Source: Chloroflexota bacterium (GTDB taxonomy: Bacteria > Chloroflexota > Dehalococcoidia > UBA2979). From it: a stretch of 64,000 bases of DNA. Of this stretch, positions 28,505-37,377 are shown piece by piece. Numbering within the stretch: position 1 is the stretch's first letter; each line of letters begins with the position of its first letter. The notes beneath the pieces were generated by a model. The model ran no database searches, was not told the origin of the DNA, and saw only the letters and a program-made list of their open reading frames with translations. The stretch spans positions 902-64,901 of the forward strand of contig VGPD01000007.1 in assembly GCA_016875635.1 (NCBI GenBank), written 5' to 3'. A program made the translations under genes and the position numbers.

Positions 28505-30358
28505 ATGTTCGTCGTAGGCACCGCCGGCCACGTGGACCACGGCAAGTCCACGCTCGTCCACGCCCTCACCGGCATCGACCCCGACCGGCTCCGCGAGGAG
28601 CAGGAACGCGGGATGACGATCGAACTGGGCTTCGCCTGGCTCACGCTGCCTTCCGGCCGGGAGATATCCATCGTCGACGTCCCCGGCCACATCCGCTTCG
28701 TGCGCCACATGCTCGCCGGGATCGGGGCGGTCGACCTCGCGCTGCTCATCATCGCCGCTGACGAAGGGGTGATGCCGCAGACGCGCGAACACCTCGCCCT
28801 CCTCGACCTGCTGGAGGTGCGGCGCGCCCTCGTCGTCCTCACCAAGTGCGACATGGTGGACGACGCATGGGCCAGCCTGGTCGAGGAGGACGTCCGGGCG
28901 ACGCTCGAGGGCACGACGCTCGAAGACGCCCCCGTCATACGGGTCTCGGCGGTGACCGGCGCTGGCCTCGACACGTTGCGCGCCGCCATCGATGACGCGC
29001 TTCAGGCTGCGCCCCCGCCGCGCGACATCGGACGCCCGCGCCTCGGTATCGACCGCGTGTTCACCATGACGGGGTTCGGCACCGTGGTGACCGGCACGCT
29101 GCTGGACGGCCGCCTCCGCACCGGCGACACGGTGGAGGTCGTCCCTGGCGGACGGAGCCTGCGCGTGCGCGGTCTGCAATCGCACCGCCGGGAGGTCGAG
29201 GAGGCACTGCCGGGCACACGGGTGGCCGTGAACCTCGCCGCCATCGGCACGGACCACCTCACCCGCGGACAGGCGCTGGCCGCACCGGGCCACCTGGAGG
29301 CTGCACGCGCCCTCGACGCGCGGATCCGCGCACTCCCCGGCGAGACGATGCGCCACAACCTGCGGGTCACTATTCACCTCGCGGCGGCAGAGGCGCCTGC
29401 TCGCCTCCGCCTGTTCGGCGCGGACGAGGTGGCCGACGGCGCCGAGGGCTGGGCGCAGATCGTCCTCGCGGGGCCAATCGCGGCCGCACCCGGTGACCTC
29501 TTTGTGGTGCGCCTCGGAGACCAGACGCTGGGGGGTGGGCGCGTCGTGGAGGTCAACGCGCCACGCCATCGCCGAACAGACCCCGCCGTGATTGACCGGC
29601 TGGCCTCGCGCGCCCTCGGCACCCCTGAGGCGCGCGTGCTTGCGGCGCTCGAGCGGATCGAGCCGTGCTCCGCTGCCGCGCTGGAGCGTGCCGCCGGACT
29701 GTCGGCGGACGAGGGACGGCTCACGCTCGACGCATTGATCGAAGCGGAACTCGTGCACCGCCTCACGCCCGCCGCCGGTGAGCCGATCCTGGTAAGCGGC
29801 GTCACGCTCGCACGCTACGAGGAGACCGCGCGCCGTGCGCTCGCCGCCTACCACATGGCCCACCCCCTGCGCTTTACCATGCCGCGGGAAGAGGTGCGGG
29901 GCGCGCTCAACGTTCCTCAGCGCGAATTCGGCGCCATCCTGGGCGCCCTCGCCCCCGGCATCGAGGCGCGCGGTGAGGGCGTGGTGGAGGCTGGATGGGA
30001 GCCGCAGCTATCGCCCCAGCAGCTGGCCGCGGTCGACGCCGCCGCGGGCGCCCTCGCCGCGGGCGGGCTGCAACCCGACCGCATCTCCTTCGAGCCGGCT
30101 ATCGCCGCGTACCTGGTGGAAGCAGGGCGCGCGGTCGATTGCGGCGACGGCGTGCTGCTCGACGCCGCGGCATTCGAGGGCGCTCGGGAGCACGTCATGG
30201 AGGCGATGCGCGCCCGGGCTACGCCTATGACACTGGCGGAGACCCGCGACCTGCTCGGCGTGTCACGACGAAATGCGCAGGCCATCCTCGAAACGCTCGA
30301 CCGCCAGGGTGTGACGATGCGCGTAGGCGACGGCCGGACGCTGAGGGCTGTCCGCTAG
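28505..30358 (+). CDS. selB: selenocysteine-specific translation elongation factor
   Basis: G motifs GHVDHGKST, DVPGH and TKCD. About 617 aa with a C-terminal winged-helix region typical of bacterial SelB. Confidence 0.9.
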   Translation: MFVVGTAGHVDHGKSTLVHALTGIDPDRLREEQERGMTIELGFAWLTLPSGREISIVDVPGHIRFVRHMLAGIGAVDLALLIIAADEGVMPQTREHLALLDLLEVRRALVVLTKCDMVDDAWASLVEEDVRATLEGTTLEDAPVIRVSAVTGAGLDTLRAAIDDALQAAPPPRDIGRPRLGIDRVFTMTGFGTVVTGTLLDGRLRTGDTVEVVPGGRSLRVRGLQSHRREVEEALPGTRVAVNLAAIGTDHLTRGQALAAPGHLEAARALDARIRALPGETMRHNLRVTIHLAAAEAPARLRLFGADEVADGAEGWAQIVLAGPIAAAPGDLFVVRLGDQTLGGGRVVEVNAPRHRRTDPAVIDRLASRALGTPEARVLAALERIEPCSAAALERAAGLSADEGRLTLDALIEAELVHRLTPAAGEPILVSGVTLARYEETARRALAAYHMAHPLRFTMPREEVRGALNVPQREFGAILGALAPGIEARGEGVVEAGWEPQLSPQQLAAVDAAAGALAAGGLQPDRISFEPAIAAYLVEAGRAVDCGDGVLLDAAAFEGAREHVMEAMRARATPMTLAETRDLLGVSRRNAQAILETLDRQGVTMRVGDGRTLRAVR

Positions 30359-31635
30359 CTGGCAGGCTGCTTTACTGCCTCGCGACGGCGTCCGAAGAAG
30401 CGGGCCAGGTCGCCCTCTTCCCAGGCGACGAGCAACTGCGACGCGATGCCGATGCTGGAATAGGTGCCGGCTGCGACACCGACGAAGATCACCAGCAGGA
30501 ACGAAGCGATCGTCGTGCCGCCCAGCACGAGCATCGTCGCCACCGTCAGCAGGACCGTCGTCGAAGTGTTGATCGAGCGGGCGATGGTCTGCACCAGCGC
30601 CGCGTTCACGTTGGACGAGAACGGGGCATGCGGCGACTGTCTCACGTTCTCGCGGATCCGGTCGTACACGACGATCGTGTCGTGGACGGAGAACCCGATC
30701 ACGGTCAGCAGGCCCGTAACGAACATGAGGTTCACTTCCACATGGAAAAGTTTGGAGAACAATGAGAACGCGCCCAGCGTAATGATCACGTCGTGCAGAA
30801 GCGCCACGATCGCGCAAACGCCGTACCGGAACGGCCGCGGCAACGACGCGAATGCGAACGCGATGTACGCCATGATGAACAGGGTGGTGACCGCCACCGC
30901 GATCGCCGTGTTCCGCACCGCCACGCGCGACACGGTCGCCGACACCGATGCGAACTCGCGCACCTCGAACTCGCCGAAGCGGTCGCGCAGCCCGTTCTCG
31001 ATCACGGTCTGTTCGCCACGGTCAGGCTGCGGCACAGCCTCCTTCGGCTTCTCTTGGTAGTCGCTGACATCCTTCGCTGCCACATACCCGGAGACATCAC
31101 CGACCAGCAGTTGGAAGAGGTCACCCTCAGCGCAGCCCTTGAGGATCTCGACGACGTCCACCCGGTCGCCGGCCTTGGCCGTGCCTAGCTTCTGGGTCCC
31201 GATCTTGCAGGCTCCGGCGCGATCGACATCAAGCAGATCGAGCGAACCCGTTGCTCCCTGCGCCCCCATCACGGCCGTCCCGATCACCTTCAGCGGCTCC
31301 GGGCCGACGGGCGCCGGCGTCGCGGAGGCCTTCGGCTTCACCTCCGTGAACGACCCCGGTGGGAATTGCAGTTCCCGGGTCCGGATCAGGTACTCGGTAC
31401 TACCTACCGTCTGCTGGATGCGGGCTTCATCGTGCCCGAGGTCGGCGTACGCACGCCGCAGGTCCTCCTGCGACACGGATTTCGAGAACCGGATCAGCGC
31501 CGTCGACCCGGCGGTGAACTCGATCCCCGGCCTGAACGTCGGCGGGATTGCGAGGACGATTAACGCCAGCAACGCGGTCACGCCGCTGATGAGGAATGAC
31601 CACTTACGTGTGCCGACCAGGTCGAGCGTCGTCAT
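30355..31635 (-). CDS. secF: protein translocase subunit SecF with a ~110-aa insertion in the periplasmic/extracytoplasmic domain
   Basis: SecF N-terminus (KWSFLISGVTALLALIVLAI, GIEFTAGS) and C-terminal 5-TM core. 426 aa versus roughly 300 typical. Confidence 0.9.
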   Translation of the reverse strand: MTTLDLVGTRKWSFLISGVTALLALIVLAIPPTFRPGIEFTAGSTALIRFSKSVSQEDLRRAYADLGHDEARIQQTVGSTEYLIRTRELQFPPGSFTEVKPKASATPAPVGPEPLKVIGTAVMGAQGATGSLDLLDVDRAGACKIGTQKLGTAKAGDRVDVVEILKGCAEGDLFQLLVGDVSGYVAAKDVSDYQEKPKEAVPQPDRGEQTVIENGLRDRFGEFEVREFASVSATVSRVAVRNTAIAVAVTTLFIMAYIAFAFASLPRPFRYGVCAIVALLHDVIITLGAFSLFSKLFHVEVNLMFVTGLLTVIGFSVHDTIVVYDRIRENVRQSPHAPFSSNVNAALVQTIARSINTSTTVLLTVATMLVLGGTTIASFLLVIFVGVAAGTYSSIGIASQLLVAWEEGDLARFFGRRREAVKQPAS

Positions 31636-33053
31636 GCACGTGCCCCTTCGGCCGCGGCACTCGGCTCCGGCACAAACCAGTCATGGCGGCGGGAGATCCT
31701 CGTCCCTACGAAGAGGTGCAGCAAGATCCGCGTGACGGTGATCGCGGAGAACATCGACACCCCCACACCGACTGCCAGCGTGAACGCGAAGCCCTGCACC
31801 AGTGGCGCGTCGAACGTCCCGAGCAGCGGCACCTCAAAGCCGCCCCCAAGGACGTAGAGGATCAGGCATGTGATGAGCGTCGTGACATTGGAGTCGCGGA
31901 TCGAAGGCCACGCCCGGGAGAAGCCGGCGTCGATCGCGGCGGCGTACGAGCGGCCGGCACGCAATTCTTCCTTCATCCGCTCGAAGATCAGGATGTTCGC
32001 GTCCACCGCCATGCCGATCGACAGCACGAACGCACCGATCCCGGCGAGGGTCAGTGTGACGGGGATCAACTTGAACAGCGCAATCGACAGCAGCGTGTAC
32101 ACGACCAGGGCGACCGTGGCGATGATCCCCGGGAATCGGTAGTAGAGGATCATGAACAGCGCCACCAGAAGGAGGCCGATCTCGCCGGCCAGCACAGAGC
32201 GGTGGACCGAGTCCTTGCCGAGCGTGGCGTCGACGCTCTGCTCCTGCAGCACCGTCAGTTGCAACGGGAGTGCACCGGCATTCAGCTGGATGACCAGGTC
32301 CTGCGCACGTTCCAGTGTGAGCCCGGTGATGCTCCCGCGGTCCGAGATCACGCTCTGCACCACCGGCGCGGACAACTGCTCGTTGTCCAGGAAGATCGCG
32401 ATCTGCTGGCCGATGCGACGCTCCGTGATCTGACGGAAGATCTCGCCGCCATCTCCCTGGAACTCAAACCCGACGCCCGGGCGGCCGGCCTGGTCGAACT
32501 GCACGTACGCGTTCGACTTCAAGTACCGCCCAGTCAGTGCTAGCCGCTGGCCGTCCACATCGCCGGTGGCCTGCTGCCACTCGCCGGCCTCATCGCACAG
32601 CCCAACGTCCGCGGCGTTCGCACCGGCGGGCTCGCAGAAGCGCAGTTGCGCCGTCCGCCCCAGCAGCGCCCGTGCGCGCTTCGGCGTCAGCCCCGGCAAC
32701 TGCACCGCCAGGTTGCGGTCGCCCTGGCGCGAGATCTCGGATTCGGAGACGCCAGACGCGTCCACGCGCTTGCGGAGCACGCGCATGGTGCCCTCGAGCG
32801 CGTCGTCCACGTTCCCCTGGAAGTCCTCGGGCACTTCCGCACGCAACAGCAACCGGGTCCCGCCCTGGAGGTCGAGGCCCAGACGTAGTGTGCGCCGCTC
32901 GAATGAGCCGATCTCGATGCCCTTCCCGGCGGGCCAGGGGATCCCACCGGGGAGGAACTCCTTCGGGGTGGAGGGCCAGATGAGGTAAAGCGACGCAGCC
33001 GCCAGGAGGATGACGAAGGTCACGGGAAGGAAGCGGCGGACGCGACGCATCAC
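31632..33053 (-). CDS. secD: protein translocase subunit SecD
   Basis: LGLDLQGG motif and C-terminal RND-like TM bundle. 4-nt overlap with secF. Confidence 0.93.
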   Translation of the reverse strand: MMRRVRRFLPVTFVILLAAASLYLIWPSTPKEFLPGGIPWPAGKGIEIGSFERRTLRLGLDLQGGTRLLLRAEVPEDFQGNVDDALEGTMRVLRKRVDASGVSESEISRQGDRNLAVQLPGLTPKRARALLGRTAQLRFCEPAGANAADVGLCDEAGEWQQATGDVDGQRLALTGRYLKSNAYVQFDQAGRPGVGFEFQGDGGEIFRQITERRIGQQIAIFLDNEQLSAPVVQSVISDRGSITGLTLERAQDLVIQLNAGALPLQLTVLQEQSVDATLGKDSVHRSVLAGEIGLLLVALFMILYYRFPGIIATVALVVYTLLSIALFKLIPVTLTLAGIGAFVLSIGMAVDANILIFERMKEELRAGRSYAAAIDAGFSRAWPSIRDSNVTTLITCLILYVLGGGFEVPLLGTFDAPLVQGFAFTLAVGVGVSMFSAITVTRILLHLFVGTRISRRHDWFVPEPSAAAEGARA

Positions 33054-33098
33054 AGGTGCTTTCGCTAGTCGAGGTTCTGCCGTGAAGCGTACCCCGGG

Positions 33099-33614
33099 CT
33101 AGCGGCGGCGGCGAGCCGGAGCTGGCGTGACCGGCACAGGCTCCGGTTCCTCGTCGTCGTCCTCGTCGTCGTCCTCGTCCCAGTCGTCCTCGTCGTCGTC
33201 GTCTTCCTCGTCGTCGTCTTCGTCCCAGTCGTCCTCCTCGTCGTCCTCGTCCCAGTCGTCCTCGTCGTCGTCCTCGTCCCAGTCGTCCTCGTCGTCGTCA
33301 TCCTCGTCGTCCCAGTCGTCCTCATCCTCGTCGTCCTCGTCGTCCTCATCCTCGACATCGTCGTCCTTCGTGGGAACTTCGTCCGAGAGACGGCGGCGCG
33401 CTTCAGCAGGGCGTTGCGCAAGGACCCCAGTGGGGCCACCCAGGACCGGCAAGTCAGGGAGTTCGATAGCCGGCAGCCGTGCGAGCACCTGCCGAACGAG
33501 GTCAAAGACCTCCGTCCGAAGGTGAGGAGGGGGCGTGGGGCGGAGCGTCCTCGGCACGGTGGTATCCCTCTCGCGTGCACTACCAGTGCGGCGAACCTCG
33601 CCGCCAGGTGTCAT
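33099..33614 (-). CDS. poly-acidic repeat protein (73-residue Asp/Glu tract with five periodic Trp), function unknown
   Basis: Codons GAG/GAC/TGG give nearly 100 % GC3 in this frame only. ATGA overlap with the yajC stop. Tract residues 84-156 read ...DEDDWDDEDDDDEDDWDEDDDEDDWDEDDEEDDWDEDDDEEDDDDEDDWDEDDDEDDDEE. Confidence 0.65.
   Translation of the reverse strand: MTPGGEVRRTGSARERDTTVPRTLRPTPPPHLRTEVFDLVRQVLARLPAIELPDLPVLGGPTGVLAQRPAEARRRLSDEVPTKDDDVEDEDDEDDEDEDDWDDEDDDDEDDWDEDDDEDDWDEDDEEDDWDEDDDEEDDDDEDDWDEDDDEDDDEEPEPVPVTPAPARRRR
33147..33365 (-). repeat. imperfect tandem coding repeat (about 27-nt GAC/GAG-rich units ending in TGG)
   Basis: Reiterated gtcgtcctcgtcccagtcgtcctc units on the + strand. 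Confidence 0.8.
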
Positions 33615-33925
33615 GAACTGGTGGTGGACGCCGGCCCACCTGCGTCAACCGAGGGGACACGTCGAGTGACCGACCCAACGGCGGCCGCAGTCCCGCGGAG
33701 CAGCAGCCCCGGCGCGGCCTCCAGCACGATCTCCGTCTCGCGATCCTCCTGCGTATTGATCTCCCGCACGATGGCATAGAAGCCACCGGACGTCAGCACC
33801 TCGTCGCCGACCTGCAGGCTGGAGATATCGCTCCGGTGGCGCTTCTGCTGCTGGAGGACCGGCCGGAGGAGGATGAAGTAGAAGGCGCCGATCACGATGA
33901 ACAGGACGAGGATGTACTGGTCCAT
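33611..33925 (-). CDS. yajC: preprotein translocase subunit YajC
   Basis: Single TM followed by LLRPVLQQQKRH...LQVGDEVLTSGGFYAIV. Confidence 0.9.
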   Translation of the reverse strand: MDQYILVLFIVIGAFYFILLRPVLQQQKRHRSDISSLQVGDEVLTSGGFYAIVREINTQEDRETEIVLEAAPGLLLRGTAAAVGSVTRRVPSVDAGGPASTTSS

Positions 33926-34441
33926 CTACGCCTCCTCATCTCCTTCTCGGCCGTCCGGTGTCGCGCGGGGAGCGGTCAGTTTGACCAGGTCCGTCTTCGC
34001 GTTCAGCCGGTCAATGTACAGCAGGCCGTTCACATGGTCGGTCTCGTGTTCCAGAGCCTGCGCCAGCGTGTCGCCTTCCGCCTTCACACGCACCTCGCGC
34101 CCGTTCTCGTCCAGCGCCTTGACGACGACGGTGAGTGAACGCGTCACCGTGCCCCGATAACCGGGGACCGAAAGACATCCTTCATCCAGACGGCGGTCAC
34201 CGCTGCGCTTAATCACCTCCGGGTTGATGAGCGCGAACGGCTCCTCATCCGGCATTCCGATGACGACCACCCGCAGGCCGACACCGATCTGAGGTGCGGC
34301 GATGCCGACGCCATGCGCGGCGTACATCGACTCCGTCATATCAGCGATCAGGCGACGGATCGAGTCATCGACCCTCGAGACCTTCTTCGCGGGCTTGCGC
34401 AGCACCGGGTCGCCTAGGTAGCGGATCGGGCGCACCGTCAT
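33926..34441 (-). CDS. def: peptide deformylase
   Basis: Motifs GIAAPQIG, EGCLSVPG and HETDHVNG. Confidence 0.95.
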   Translation of the reverse strand: MTVRPIRYLGDPVLRKPAKKVSRVDDSIRRLIADMTESMYAAHGVGIAAPQIGVGLRVVVIGMPDEEPFALINPEVIKRSGDRRLDEGCLSVPGYRGTVTRSLTVVVKALDENGREVRVKAEGDTLAQALEHETDHVNGLLYIDRLNAKTDLVKLTAPRATPDGREGDEEA

Positions 34442-34570
34442 CGGCCACGTCTCCCCGTCATCGATCCCGTCTTTCGAACCGTCTCAAGCCCGTGAGACCG
34501 CGACGGATTGTAGCGTGCCATCCCCGGCTATCCGTCAACTCTCGCGTATCGGCGCTGGACTGGCCAGTGC

Positions 34571-37279
34571 CTAATCGAGTGTGAGTGGGTCAACGTCGAT
34601 CGCCCAACCCGGCGGCAGGGTGTCCAGATCACGCAACAGGTCAGTCGGATCATCGGCGCTGCGGACGATCACCGACCAGCGATACCGTCCTCGCACCCGG
34701 GCGACACCTGGCACCAGCGGCCCGATCACCTCCACTCCCGGACGTCCGGCCGCCAACGTGCGCAACTCCTCCGCGAATCGCGCGGCCTCTTCGATGGCAT
34801 ACGTCGCATTGGCGTGTGTGAAGAGCAACCGCACCAGCCGGCGGAACGGCGGGTGGCCATGCTCGTGCCGCCACGCCAGCTCCTCCTGGAAGAACTCGTC
34901 ACCCCGATACTGCGCCGCCGCGAGGATGGAAGGATGTTCCGGCTGCAGCGTCTGGACGATGACGCGACCGTCCCGCTCCGCACGTCCCGCGCGACCCGCC
35001 ACCTGCACCAGCATCTGGTATGTGCGTTCCCGAGAGCGGAAGTCCGCCTCTCGCAGCGTGTAGTCGGCGAGTACCACGCCCACCAGTGTCACGAGTGGGA
35101 GGTCGAGCCCCTTCGCCACCATCTGCGTCCCCACGAGCACGTCGCCCTCGCGGATGAATTCCTGCAGGATCGCCTCATGCTGCTCCAGCGTTCTTGCCCG
35201 GTCCCGGTCCCAGCGCACGACCCGCGCCGTGGGATAGTGCCGTCGTACCTCCTCCTCCACACGCTGCGTGCCGGCACGTACCGGCCGCAGGACAAGCCCA
35301 CAGCCCGACTCCATACACCTCGGCGGGGCGGATCGCGAGCGGCCGCAGGTGTGACAGATCAGGCGCCCACCCTCGTGCAGGGACATTGCAATGTCGCACG
35401 AGGAACACACGGGCGAGTGCCCCTTCGGGCACAGGAGATAGGCCGCCAGGCCCCGCCGATTCAGGAAGAGGACCGCCTGCTCTTCGCGATCCAGCACCTC
35501 CCCCAGCGCCTCCACCAGTTGAGGCGAAAACAGATGTGTCGAACCTCGCATGTCGACGATCTCGACCTCGGGCAGGGTCGCCTGGGGCCACAATCGCAGG
35601 TGCCCGTCCGTATCGGCCGCCGGGCGCATCCGGCGGGGCAGGTCGAGGCGGGTCAGCTGCCCCTCCTCTGCCGCCAACCAGCGTTCCGCGTCCGGTGTCG
35701 CCGACCCCAGGACGAGCGCCGCGCCCGTCCGCCGGGCGAGTTCCAGCGCCACCGTCCGGGCGTCGTACCGCGGCGTCGGATCGTGCTGCTTGTAGGTCCA
35801 CTCGTGAAACTCGTCGATCACGATGAGGCCCAGGTCCGGCTGGGGCGCGAAGATCGCGCTGCGCGAGCCGATGACCACGTCGTATGCACCGGACGCGATC
35901 GCCTGCCATTCGTCGTACGCCTCGCCCAGGCTCAGGCCGGAATGCAGCACGCCTACTTTCCCGGGGAATCGTTCCGCAAACCGCCGCACCGTCTGCGGCG
36001 TCAGCGATATCTCCGGCACCAGCACGATTGCGTGACGCCCGCGCGCGACGGTGTGCCGCAAAGCGTCCAGGTAGACCTCCGTCTTGCCAGAACCAGTCAC
36101 GCCGTTTAGCAGGAACCCCGTACCCTCGAAGGCATCGATCCCCGCGCGGATGGCCGCCGCCGCATCACGCTGCTCCGCAACCAGCTCCACCGGGGGCCGC
36201 ACGATGACGTCAAGGGTGGCCAGCGGGTCACGGCGGTCGAGCACCTGCTGCACCTCGACCAGCCCCGCCTCGACCAGCCGGTCAACCCCCGCGCGCGCCT
36301 CCCGTCCCGCCGTCGCCGCGAGCCCGCGCAGCGGTAACACGGGGTCCTCGCGCGATTCCGCACGGGTTGCCAGCAACTCCAGCGTGGCTACCGCTGCATC
36401 CTCGACGGCGCCGCGTGAGAAGCGCCGCAACAGACGGGGGACCTCCCGCGAGTCGATGGCCAACCGGACAGCCTCGACCTCTCGCGCGAGCACCCCGTCC
36501 TCGAGCAGCGTCTCGACCGCCGGCGCGCCACGTGCTTCGCGGGCGACCAACTCGAACGGCGTTGGGCCATGCTCCTGCACAAAACGCACCGCCCGCGCGC
36601 GCCGGGACGCGCGTCGCCCTTCGATCGCGTCCGCAAACTCCCTGGCCCGGTCCGGCGTGACCCGCAGTCGAACGACCTCCGCGATCCGCGCGTGGCCGCG
36701 GGGCCGATCGAGCGAGTAGTGGCGTTCCGCGAGTCCCCGACGCACGAGGAGCGACAGCGCCGGCTCGAACGACCGCGCCGGGACACGCCCTGCCACACGC
36801 TCCCGCAACTCGTCCGCGTCTCGCGGCTCGGCGTCGAGCGCTTCGTACACGGCCTGCTGTCGCTCCGAAAGCGCGACCGCCGCGCCGTCACCACGCACGT
36901 ACGCCGTCCGCGGGCGCTCCCCGGCGCCTGGCGGCAGAAACAGCGCGTGCGCCTCCCATGGAGGGGCGAGGTAGTACCGCTGAAGCCACGCCGCCAGTGC
37001 CATCCGCTCCGGGGAGACTCGAGGCGCGCCCTCCACCGGCGCTTCCAGAGGCCGTACCGCCTCCGGGTCATACCCCGGTGTGTCGAACGGCCCCTCCACC
37101 ACGATCCCCTGGAAGGTCTGCTTCCCGAACGGGACGTGGACCATCTCGCCAGGGGCAATCGCACGCCCGGCCGGAACGGAGTAGGAGAAGGTGAGGTAGG
37201 TCGGCCGACCGGAGTTGACGGCCACCTTCACGTAGCGTGGCCGCGCCCGCTGCTGGTCGGTGATCGTGGTGGTCGGCAT
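34571..37279 (-). CDS. priA: primosomal protein N' (replication restart helicase PriA), unusually long
   Basis: Walker A GVTGSGKTEVY, DExH VIDEFHEW, and a Cys-rich zinc insertion CPKGHSPVCSSCD...CHTCG. 902 aa. Confidence 0.92.
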   Translation of the reverse strand: MPTTTITDQQRARPRYVKVAVNSGRPTYLTFSYSVPAGRAIAPGEMVHVPFGKQTFQGIVVEGPFDTPGYDPEAVRPLEAPVEGAPRVSPERMALAAWLQRYYLAPPWEAHALFLPPGAGERPRTAYVRGDGAAVALSERQQAVYEALDAEPRDADELRERVAGRVPARSFEPALSLLVRRGLAERHYSLDRPRGHARIAEVVRLRVTPDRAREFADAIEGRRASRRARAVRFVQEHGPTPFELVAREARGAPAVETLLEDGVLAREVEAVRLAIDSREVPRLLRRFSRGAVEDAAVATLELLATRAESREDPVLPLRGLAATAGREARAGVDRLVEAGLVEVQQVLDRRDPLATLDVIVRPPVELVAEQRDAAAAIRAGIDAFEGTGFLLNGVTGSGKTEVYLDALRHTVARGRHAIVLVPEISLTPQTVRRFAERFPGKVGVLHSGLSLGEAYDEWQAIASGAYDVVIGSRSAIFAPQPDLGLIVIDEFHEWTYKQHDPTPRYDARTVALELARRTGAALVLGSATPDAERWLAAEEGQLTRLDLPRRMRPAADTDGHLRLWPQATLPEVEIVDMRGSTHLFSPQLVEALGEVLDREEQAVLFLNRRGLAAYLLCPKGHSPVCSSCDIAMSLHEGGRLICHTCGRSRSAPPRCMESGCGLVLRPVRAGTQRVEEEVRRHYPTARVVRWDRDRARTLEQHEAILQEFIREGDVLVGTQMVAKGLDLPLVTLVGVVLADYTLREADFRSRERTYQMLVQVAGRAGRAERDGRVIVQTLQPEHPSILAAAQYRGDEFFQEELAWRHEHGHPPFRRLVRLLFTHANATYAIEEAARFAEELRTLAAGRPGVEVIGPLVPGVARVRGRYRWSVIVRSADDPTDLLRDLDTLPPGWAIDVDPLTLD

Positions 37280-37329
37280 ATCTCGATCCTATCGAGGCCG
37301 GGCACACCGGATAACCCGAGCACGAACGA

Positions 37330-37350
37330 AGGCCGGGCATCGCCCGGCCT
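37330..37350 (-). terminator. intrinsic terminator-like hairpin after rplS
   Basis: AGGCCGGGC-atc-GCCCGGCCT, followed on the minus strand by TTCGTTCGTGCT. Confidence 0.5.
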
Positions 37351-37377
37351 GACATCGCATGCGCAGGCGCAGGGGGA

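Noticed and set aside
33127-33370. Possibility that the only conspicuous tandem repeat in the window is a CRISPR-like or minisatellite non-coding array.
   Set aside because: The units are about 27 nt, contiguous with no spacers, in phase with a codon frame, and embedded in an ORF coupled to yajC. There are no cas genes in the window.
33065-33580. Two alternative open frames across the acidic repeat: a Thr/Arg-rich frame on the minus strand (33065..33580) and a poly-Ser frame on the plus strand (33127..33525).
   Set aside because: Only the Asp/Glu/Trp frame has G or C at essentially every third position. It is also the frame that joins yajC through an ATGA overlap. The other two are by-products of the trinucleotide repeat.
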